From an uncultured bacterium (lineage in GTDB: Bacteria > Hydrothermota > Hydrothermia > B15-G9 > WFZT01): a stretch of 64,000 bases of DNA. The DNA lies in NCBI GenBank assembly GCA_964571845.1, contig CAZNDM010000050.1:11676-75675 (forward strand). Direction: 5' to 3'. How positions within the stretch are numbered: the stretch's first letter is position 1; the number at the start of each line of letters is the position of its first letter. Positions 10,024 through 17,398 of this stretch are shown in pieces. The translations under genes were made by a program, and so were the position numbers. The notes beneath the pieces were generated by a model. That model was not told the DNA's origin. It searched no databases and worked only from the letters and a program-made list of their open reading frames with translations.

Positions 10024-11597
10024 CTCCCAAAGTACTCCTTTATTTCGTCGAGTTCTGCCGGACTAACGAACTTGAAACCCATTGCTCTCAAGCTTCTAAC
10101 CACCTTTTTTAAAGATTCGATCCCATAAAAATGTTCTGCATCATGATAGTCAGCAAGGGTTGGATGCCAGAAAAATGAGGCTATGCCATCCCTTACAGCG
10201 AGTATATACTTTGCTTCGTTTATCAGGGTGTCTGGTGGTCTGACCGCTCCAAGATAGTTACTGATAAACCCAAGATTTTCCGGCAACAGAGTCTCCCCAT
10301 ATATGTCCCAGTAAATGACATAGGGAAAAAGCTGATTCTCGTAAATTACACCATCAGGCGATTCTATGTAGAGTGATGGTCTGTGATAGTTAAGCTCAAA
10401 CATTTTACCAAAAATGAAATAGTCAAGTCTCGATGCAGCATAGTGTGGAACTTCAAAACCTGTTACAGGTAATCCTGCCATCTGAAACTCTTTGAGCCCC
10501 TGTTTCATCCTCTCGTAAACCCACATCATGTTGTCTCCAGCTATTGGGGACTTGGTATCAAAGTCAAAGTATTCGTATCCCACGGCAGTTACATTGCCTT
10601 TCTGCCAGGTGGTTATCTCCTGCTGATGGGTTGTGCCATGCATGAAGATTAAACCCCCATGCTGAACCGCATATTTTAACACATCAACAAGATCCTTTGC
10701 CTGGTGAAGGTAAATTATTTTTTTCTTGTAAGGGTCCTTGTAAACCGGGATCACCGCCATGCTGAATGGAATGCCCTGTGAGTACAGGTAATCAACCACT
10801 TTTTTCAGGGTTTTCGCAGGGACAATCGGCGAGATGTCTTCAAGTCTGACAAGTGCACGAGGTGGTTTTCTGTGGTCCTGTCCAAGAATATCGTGCAGAA
10901 GGTCGCAGAAAATCGTATAGGGTGTGTTCACTCCAATGTAAGAGAACGGAGATTCAGACACGAACCAGATATTACGGGATTTTATAATGTGGGGTATTCT
11001 CTTTCTCTCTGGTTTACCATATCCCCACCAATCGATGTATGTGACGACCTTTGCTATTGAAGGATTTAGAATCGAGGTAACCGCAATCTCGGCGTCCCAT
11101 TCGTAAGATCCATTTTCGTATTTTTTGAACCATTTTTTGAACTTAAACCCTTTGTACTCAACGATTCGATAAAATCCTTTCTTGTCACGCACATCATAAC
11201 CGTAGGAAATGGAGTCTATCTTAAATCCGAAGTAACTTGCAAGCTTGATTCCAAGCTCTGACTGAAAGTTATTAAAGTTGTTTTTGAACCATACAACCGG
11301 ACCTTTGAAATTCAGAACATCTTTGAGAAATTCAGGGGGTAGGTAGGCTCTCTCGGTCGTGCCAAAGTAGAATACGGCATTATAGTTGAAGATTTCTCCC
11401 TGCCTGTAGTCTCCAACTGGTTTGTGATAATACACATACCTGAAGTGTCCAAGCAGGTTCTCAAGGTGGTACACATCGAGTATGGGATAAATGTGATAAC
11501 TTCTCGGAGACTGTAAATTGTCAAAAAGGATCAATGCCCTTCCTTTTATCTGGGAAGGATTTACAACACTCATTAAAATTAAAAGTGTCCACAGCAT
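10020..11597 (-). CDS. Secreted polysaccharide-deacetylase-like protein (DUF2334-like)
   Basis: Signal peptide 'MLWTLLILMSVVNPSQIKG'. Central 'ALVRLEDISPIVPAKTLKKVVDYLYSQGIPFSMAVIPVY' resembles the DUF2334/CE4-like 'RxDD' region. Overlaps wecB by 4 bp, so same operon. Confidence 0.4.
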   Translation of the reverse strand: MLWTLLILMSVVNPSQIKGRALILFDNLQSPRSYHIYPILDVYHLENLLGHFRYVYYHKPVGDYRQGEIFNYNAVFYFGTTERAYLPPEFLKDVLNFKGPVVWFKNNFNNFQSELGIKLASYFGFKIDSISYGYDVRDKKGFYRIVEYKGFKFKKWFKKYENGSYEWDAEIAVTSILNPSIAKVVTYIDWWGYGKPERKRIPHIIKSRNIWFVSESPFSYIGVNTPYTIFCDLLHDILGQDHRKPPRALVRLEDISPIVPAKTLKKVVDYLYSQGIPFSMAVIPVYKDPYKKKIIYLHQAKDLVDVLKYAVQHGGLIFMHGTTHQQEITTWQKGNVTAVGYEYFDFDTKSPIAGDNMMWVYERMKQGLKEFQMAGLPVTGFEVPHYAASRLDYFIFGKMFELNYHRPSLYIESPDGVIYENQLFPYVIYWDIYGETLLPENLGFISNYLGAVRPPDTLINEAKYILAVRDGIASFFWHPTLADYHDAEHFYGIESLKKVVRSLRAMGFKFVSPAELDEIKEYFGR

Positions 11598-11601
11598 CTT
11601 C

Positions 11602-12750
11602 TCACCTCGCTATGTAGAACCCAATCCTTAAATCACTGTAAGTGTCCGTGTTATAAGGATTTGGTTCTCCTGATTCTATGCCCGAATAAAATCCTTTCAG
11701 AAGCCTCGCATAAATTGCAAACCAGTAGGAGTAAACGATCTCCATTTCTGGTCCTATTTCCATCAGGTTGTTGTAAAAGAATTTTTTCCTGTCTCTTATA
11801 AATTTGTAGTAAACAGACGAGGACATGGTAATCCTGCCCAATTTTTTCTTAAATCCGGTGTTCATTTCAATGGTCAATGTGGTGTTGTAATCTGTCCTTT
11901 TTTCATGGTTGACCTCTCCATAGAGTGAATAGAAAAGTCCACTGGTTTTACCGATTCTATACATCCATTCCTTGTAAAAAAAACCGACAACGGCAAAGTT
12001 GTCGCCTTCCATCACAGTTTTCTGGATTTTAAATCTCCGAAAATAACCGTAGTACACGAAGATTGAAATGAGATTCCAGAAACCTGTTTGGGCTCCAACA
12101 TAAGTAAACCAGTGGTTATCCTCATAAATGTCAAGTTTACCGGATCTTGAATCTGTTAATACCCTGAATCCTATGAGTGGTTTTATACCTAAAATTCCGG
12201 GAAAAAACAGGTTTATTCTGAGATCACTGTCCACGAACTCCTCTCGAGTTGTGTAATAGGTTCCGAGATAAAAACTGTAATTAAAAAGGGATACCCTGCT
12301 CGTCTGGAGAAACTTCTGTGCCTCCTTTTTTAGCGCCTGATTGTCTGTAATGTAGATGAGTCTTCTGGCAACTTCTTTTCTCTTTTTTATATCTCCGATT
12401 TCATCGTAAAGGTAGAACAGAGCTGCCAGTGTGGCTTCGTCGTATGGAAACTTTTTCAGTACTTTTTCAAAAACTTTTATAGCATCTTTGGTCTTACCGA
12501 GGTCCCAGAGAATGTATCCGTAGTTCACATAAAACGAGTACTGTGGAGGGTTGTATTTGAGGAGTTTATCAAAAAAATACTTCGCTTTTTTCACATCATC
12601 TTTTCCCCAATAGTAATCAACTGAATCGATGTAGATTCTAACAGAGTCCGGTATGGTGAGGTCTTTTGAGAGCCTTTTATAGATTTTAACCGGGATATTT
12701 TTCTTTGTAGGTGCACCTAAAGTGAGCAGGATGACAAAAAGACCTATCAT
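11602..12750 (-). CDS. TPR-repeat protein with a beta-rich C-terminal domain (possible outer-membrane component)
   Basis: N-terminal signal/TM. TPR-like helical repeats ('AIKVFEKVLKKFPYDEATLAALFYLYDEIGD'). C-terminal half is rich in alternating aromatic/hydrophobic beta-strand patterns (YxY, GFY). Overlaps the upstream gene by 4 bp. Confidence 0.4.
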   Translation of the reverse strand: MIGLFVILLTLGAPTKKNIPVKIYKRLSKDLTIPDSVRIYIDSVDYYWGKDDVKKAKYFFDKLLKYNPPQYSFYVNYGYILWDLGKTKDAIKVFEKVLKKFPYDEATLAALFYLYDEIGDIKKRKEVARRLIYITDNQALKKEAQKFLQTSRVSLFNYSFYLGTYYTTREEFVDSDLRINLFFPGILGIKPLIGFRVLTDSRSGKLDIYEDNHWFTYVGAQTGFWNLISIFVYYGYFRRFKIQKTVMEGDNFAVVGFFYKEWMYRIGKTSGLFYSLYGEVNHEKRTDYNTTLTIEMNTGFKKKLGRITMSSSVYYKFIRDRKKFFYNNLMEIGPEMEIVYSYWFAIYARLLKGFYSGIESGEPNPYNTDTYSDLRIGFYIAR

Positions 12751-14900
12751 CTCTTTTTCCTCTTTAAGGATTTGAGTTTTCTGGGTTTTTCCTCGATGAC
12801 TTCGTCTTTTTCTGTCTGAACTTCAGGTTCTTCTGGTGGCATTTCTACCGGCTCCTGCTCCACAATTTTGAGTGCCCTTTCAAATCTCTTATCTACTTTT
12901 CTGGGTTTCCTTATCGATCGGATTGTAAGTTTAAAGCCACGCACTATGTATCTCAAAATGGTGAGCAGAATAAAGATACCGATCAGGATAAGAGGAATGT
13001 AAATTAAAAGTTTGTAGTAGTTTTCGAGGAAGAAGTACCGCATATCAAATTTTTTCTCAGGTGCTCCCCAATAACTTATTCTCCGTGTAAGTTCACAGTG
13101 GGTTACCTCCCCACTATAGTCGATTAATGCAAGGTTTCCGTATAGGGCATTGAGCTTCTGCGGAATTCTAAAGAGTTTTATAATTCCACCTGCCTCTTCA
13201 TCGTTTCTGAAAGAGAGATACAGGTATGCATTGTTTTTCCTGCCCAGATCCTCATAAAGAAATGGCTGTTTTGCCTTCTTCGTCTTAAAATCACCAATAA
13301 AGATGACATTATGTTCAAATTTCTTAAGATTGCCAATATCCTTTCTTGAAATGATCGGTACTTCTGGAAACACTTCCTTTTCACCGATGAATCTCATAAA
13401 CTCAAGGTAAACTTTGAAACGGTCTTCGGACAGCTTATCGATCACGATGTAGGTTTTCTTGACATAAGGTGAATATCCGAATGGGAATGCATAGTATTTC
13501 AGGTACCTGAGATCGGGCATCTCAATAACCCACTTTCGAGTCATTTTGAACTTCGTTGTTGGTAGAATTTCAACCCACAGGACACTCGAATCGCTTACAG
13601 GTATGCGTGGAATAATTTTGAAGTCAAAGTTAAGATAGTTTATTGTCCCCAGTGATTTCCAGTTTATGACGACTTCTTTTCCAGAATCAGCACATGGTCC
13701 TTCAATACTTTCATCGAATATCTTCTCGCCGTCAATTGTTATTTTCAGTTTTGATTTTTTAATGTTAACCACATCAGATGCCTGTAGCCTCAGTCTGAAA
13801 ATTTGAGAATAGGGCAGGAATTCCATATCAGGCAGGAATCTCAAAGTAAGTACAAATCTTGCCTCAGGTCCGGTTACGCGCGCTGTTCCCCTGTAAACAT
13901 GAGAAAGTTCAAAGTATTCAGGCTCTGGACCGAGGATCACAGGTGTACGGTTGAAGCCGTAGTATCCACTTGCCACAAAAAATATATTTTCACCATAACT
14001 TTTCGATTCAGTGATGAGTGCAAAAGCTGCTTTCAAAACCGCATCCTCAGAGTTTCCCGTAACTATCATGACGGGAAATCCGTATTCATTATTCGTGGCG
14101 ATCAGGATTCCGAGGTCATCGGATATTTTTTCACCTTTCAAATTGGCCCAGTAGTATTCCCCCCTTTTCCTTAAGAGTTTTATGTGGGAAGATGTTTGTA
14201 TAATCTTGAGAAGTAATGGGGAAAAGTACTGTTCATCCGGTGTACCTATGATCAATGCTGCACCTTTCCTTACTATGTCAGCATTTCTCACGACATCGAA
14301 TGCAGGAGTGCTGGTCTTTCCCCTGTAGCCAAGGTCCTCAGCAATGTAAGATACTGCAATGGATGTTACCGGATGAGTTTTTTCGGGCAGCTGGAAGTAA
14401 ACGATCTGGTCTGGATTTTGGGTTCTGTCGAGAAAAATTTCCGGATACTGGCTGATCAAATATGGTGAGTTGAGGTAATTGATGAGTCCCTTGAGGGAGA
14501 TTTTTGTAATGTCAATATAACCAATACAGTGTGTTTTGAGAGATTTTAGAGACACAGAGACTTCGAGTGTGGAAAATTTTTTGAGTAGATAAATGGGGAT
14601 TTTTTGAACGATCCTGTGCCTGTCAGGTTTCAGGTCTTTGAATCCGAGGAACTCACCATTAAAAGCGATCCCCATTTTTAAAGGTACATCGCAGTTGATG
14701 AGGTTATAGTCTATTTCAAGGTATGCTTCACTGAAGGCTTCAGGTGAATAGTTGAGTTTGAAATCGATTTTTTCATAGTCATCAGGCAGATTAAGAGTGA
14801 ATATTGGCTGCCCGGGTGTGGTAAATACCCGAAACTCTCTCCAGGTAAACTGGGCCTGGAGGAGACCAGTAGCGAGGAGGGCGAGGATGAGTTTTTTCAT
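12747..14900 (-). CDS. Large periplasmic protein with a C-terminal transmembrane anchor (BcsB-like topology)
   Basis: 717 aa. Signal peptide 'MKKLILALLATGLLQAQF', long soluble region, single C-terminal TM helix ('LLIYIPLILIGIFILLTIL') and a charged cytoplasmic tail. Homology to BcsB is not demonstrable by eye. Confidence 0.45.
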   Translation of the reverse strand: MKKLILALLATGLLQAQFTWREFRVFTTPGQPIFTLNLPDDYEKIDFKLNYSPEAFSEAYLEIDYNLINCDVPLKMGIAFNGEFLGFKDLKPDRHRIVQKIPIYLLKKFSTLEVSVSLKSLKTHCIGYIDITKISLKGLINYLNSPYLISQYPEIFLDRTQNPDQIVYFQLPEKTHPVTSIAVSYIAEDLGYRGKTSTPAFDVVRNADIVRKGAALIIGTPDEQYFSPLLLKIIQTSSHIKLLRKRGEYYWANLKGEKISDDLGILIATNNEYGFPVMIVTGNSEDAVLKAAFALITESKSYGENIFFVASGYYGFNRTPVILGPEPEYFELSHVYRGTARVTGPEARFVLTLRFLPDMEFLPYSQIFRLRLQASDVVNIKKSKLKITIDGEKIFDESIEGPCADSGKEVVINWKSLGTINYLNFDFKIIPRIPVSDSSVLWVEILPTTKFKMTRKWVIEMPDLRYLKYYAFPFGYSPYVKKTYIVIDKLSEDRFKVYLEFMRFIGEKEVFPEVPIISRKDIGNLKKFEHNVIFIGDFKTKKAKQPFLYEDLGRKNNAYLYLSFRNDEEAGGIIKLFRIPQKLNALYGNLALIDYSGEVTHCELTRRISYWGAPEKKFDMRYFFLENYYKLLIYIPLILIGIFILLTILRYIVRGFKLTIRSIRKPRKVDKRFERALKIVEQEPVEMPPEEPEVQTEKDEVIEEKPRKLKSLKRKKR

Positions 14901-14906
14901 GAATTA

Positions 14907-16976
14907 TTAGATCCCTTTCCTTGTCAGCCTTTTCCTCCCATACCCCGATGAGACCACCGGGGGTTCTTTGAAGATTTCGTGTAACATATCCGTTACTGAA
15001 ACCTCAGCAAAATCCTCAAATCTCAGATCTTCAATCTCTTCCCAGAGGTCAGTTTCAGTCTCTTCCTCTATGAATTTATCGAGCCCTTTTTCTTTGATTT
15101 TTTGAGACAGTACAAGCAGACCAGGCTCTGCGAAGGCTTTGAGAAAGTCTCTGAATTCGGATTTGGGTATGATTACGGGTATCACAACTTTCCCAAGTTT
15201 GTCTGAAACTTCTTTTAGGAAGTTGTCAGACGGCGGATCGATAAAACCTACCTCCATGTAGTTTGGAGTTTCGTTGAGAGGAAGAATGCAGTGTTCTGCA
15301 ATATACTCGCCCCTAAGTTTTTCAATAGCTTCCTTGGGCAGGGTGTCAGGTAGCTCCTCTACGAATTCAAGACCTCTCTGGATGGCGAGAAACTTCCCGA
15401 TCTGGTCTTCGGAGAGCAGCCCCATCTCAACAAGGATTTCACCGAGTCTCCTTTTCGTCTTTTTTTGCTGTTGTAATGCGTATTCGAGATGCTCCTCTGT
15501 GATAATTCGATTTTCAATAAGAAGTTCACCAAGTTTTTTCTGATAAGCGACAAGCTGCTCTGTTTTAGGAAATGCATGCGTCGTTTTTGCCCAGGAAAGG
15601 GGCTTTTTTGTTATTTTATGCCAGATAAACTTTGAAAGTGCATTGTAGATGGCAAGAAAGTTGATCAAATTCAACCACGGGACCCTGAGAATGCTATATA
15701 GGCCCTGCTTAACTCCGTAAATAACACTCACTGCATAGACCTTCATCAGGAGTCTTTCAAAGAGCATGACAGTGTTGAAGAAAATAACCCACCAGATTAT
15801 ACCTTCACCCGGGATAAATCTTGAGAGGTTCCATCCAGTGTGGAAAAGTTTACCGAGTAAGACATACAGCCATCCCGCGACGAATAAAAGGTTGGTCATA
15901 AAACTGATTATGGATGACCATACCCCTTTTCTATCCTTATAAAGATAGAATTTGTCTATGAGTTTGCCACGCCACCTGAGTTTTTCAGTTCCCTGAAAGA
16001 TAATTCCGAGCATCCAGCGACTTTTCTGCCTGATAGCAGCTTTGAACTGGAATGGGAAGTATTCCCTCGTTGCAATAAACTCACTTTTGTATTCAAAATG
16101 TTTTCTTAGCCATGCGGGTAGGAGTTTTAGCCACCAGCTGTGTCTTTTGACTCTCACAGCCCTTTTGAGTAGTGCCTGTTTCCCGCCGAGATCTTTAATA
16201 TGCTTTCCAATGATGTAGTCTTCTGTTAATGAGCTTGTATCAAAAAGCACATTGCTGTGCTTTTCTGCAAGCTTCTCAAGTATCTGCCTCGAAAAAGCAG
16301 TACCCACACCAGCTGAAGGAACGAAGCCTCCAAGGACATTCCTCACATAAATCTCTTTCAGGTGATGCTCAGCAAACTCGTCCATGTATGTCCCTGCCGT
16401 GAAATTTTTAAAAGGAACTTCGAGGGAGAATACAGGTATCTGGATCATGTCATATTCAGAGGACAGGTAATTCACGAGCTTCAGAGATAGAGGATGGATG
16501 ATGTCCTCTGCGTCATGCATCAGAATAATATCAAATTTAATGCCGTTTTCCTCTTCGTACTTCAGCATGTTCTGGTAAATCCAGTTGAGGTTGTCTGCTT
16601 TGTTCGTGGGTCCGTCATGAGGAACCTGAGCCATGTGAACATGTGGGTAAAGTCTTTCCACTTTGGCAACTTTCATCTTGGTTTCAAAATCGTTGGGATA
16701 TACACCGATAAATATGTGATAGTTTTTGTAAGCAAGAACATTCACATTGTGCTTGATCATGTCCTCAATAACTTCAGCCTCTTTCCACGCAGGCAGGAAT
16801 ATGGCAATATTCTTCTCAGGAACTCTATCGAGGTCTTCGAGGTTGACCTTTACCTTTTCGCCATTAAATGTTCTCAGTATGAAGTAGAGTATATCCGAAA
16901 ATAGGTCATCGAGAGATCCGATGAAGACCCCCCATATTGTGATATACACGAGTATGTAAACGATTGTGAATAGCAT
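14907..16976 (-). CDS. Family 2 glycosyltransferase with C-terminal tandem MshEN-type c-di-GMP-binding motif (NfrB-like exopolysaccharide synthase)
   Basis: 689 aa. N-terminal TM helix, GT2 catalytic region ('ILMHDAEDIIHP', 'QxxRW'-like 'RQKSRWMLG'), TM helices at ~350-470. C-terminus 'KKLGELLIENRIITEEHLEYALQQQ-KKTKR-RLGEILVEMGLLSEDQIGKFLAIQ' is two 24-aa MshEN motifs separated by a 5-aa spacer. Confidence 0.7.
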   Translation of the reverse strand: MLFTIVYILVYITIWGVFIGSLDDLFSDILYFILRTFNGEKVKVNLEDLDRVPEKNIAIFLPAWKEAEVIEDMIKHNVNVLAYKNYHIFIGVYPNDFETKMKVAKVERLYPHVHMAQVPHDGPTNKADNLNWIYQNMLKYEEENGIKFDIILMHDAEDIIHPLSLKLVNYLSSEYDMIQIPVFSLEVPFKNFTAGTYMDEFAEHHLKEIYVRNVLGGFVPSAGVGTAFSRQILEKLAEKHSNVLFDTSSLTEDYIIGKHIKDLGGKQALLKRAVRVKRHSWWLKLLPAWLRKHFEYKSEFIATREYFPFQFKAAIRQKSRWMLGIIFQGTEKLRWRGKLIDKFYLYKDRKGVWSSIISFMTNLLFVAGWLYVLLGKLFHTGWNLSRFIPGEGIIWWVIFFNTVMLFERLLMKVYAVSVIYGVKQGLYSILRVPWLNLINFLAIYNALSKFIWHKITKKPLSWAKTTHAFPKTEQLVAYQKKLGELLIENRIITEEHLEYALQQQKKTKRRLGEILVEMGLLSEDQIGKFLAIQRGLEFVEELPDTLPKEAIEKLRGEYIAEHCILPLNETPNYMEVGFIDPPSDNFLKEVSDKLGKVVIPVIIPKSEFRDFLKAFAEPGLLVLSQKIKEKGLDKFIEEETETDLWEEIEDLRFEDFAEVSVTDMLHEIFKEPPVVSSGYGRKRLTRKGI

Positions 16977-16978
16977 AA

Positions 16979-17356
16979 TTAATCAACTACTGCCCATATT
17001 ATATTTTTGTCAGAAATGTAATCAAGCTTTTTCAAATTTTTCTTTGCAGGACCTTTGATAACAGAACCACTCAGATTGAACTCACTCCCGTGGCAGGGAC
17101 ATCTGAAAATACCGGTTTTTTCGTCATATTCCACGATACAGCCAAGATGTGTACACCGGGCAGACATTAGATGCAGACCATTGGAATCTCTGAAATAGAT
17201 AACGCCATCCTTTATTTTTGGTTTTAGGCCTATTTCATCTTCGGGAATCCTGACTTTATGCGACTTTTCAGGTGTAAACCGGATGAAGTCGAGCAGAAGT
17301 TTTCCACCAATCAAAAAAATTATGAACAGCGAACCCAAAAATTTTCTTCTCTTCAT
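16979..17356 (-). CDS. Rieske [2Fe-2S] domain protein, membrane/Tat-anchored
   Basis: 125 aa. 'RRKFLG' twin-arginine-like N-terminus plus a hydrophobic helix. Classic Rieske boxes 'CTHLGC' and 'CPCHGS' with a 15-aa spacer. Ends 2 bp before the GT2 gene. Confidence 0.75.
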   Translation of the reverse strand: MKRRKFLGSLFIIFLIGGKLLLDFIRFTPEKSHKVRIPEDEIGLKPKIKDGVIYFRDSNGLHLMSARCTHLGCIVEYDEKTGIFRCPCHGSEFNLSGSVIKGPAKKNLKKLDYISDKNIIWAVVD

Positions 17357-17398
17357 AAGCCTTGATATAGTTTTTTCACTGTTTTAAACTGTTCTCCA

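Noticed and set aside
11602-12750. Calling the TPR/beta-rich protein a bona fide NfrA or PgaA orthologue
   Set aside because: At 382 aa it is far shorter than NfrA (~990 aa) or PgaA, and its C-terminus ends in Arg rather than the aromatic beta-signal. It is kept only as a 'possible OM component'.
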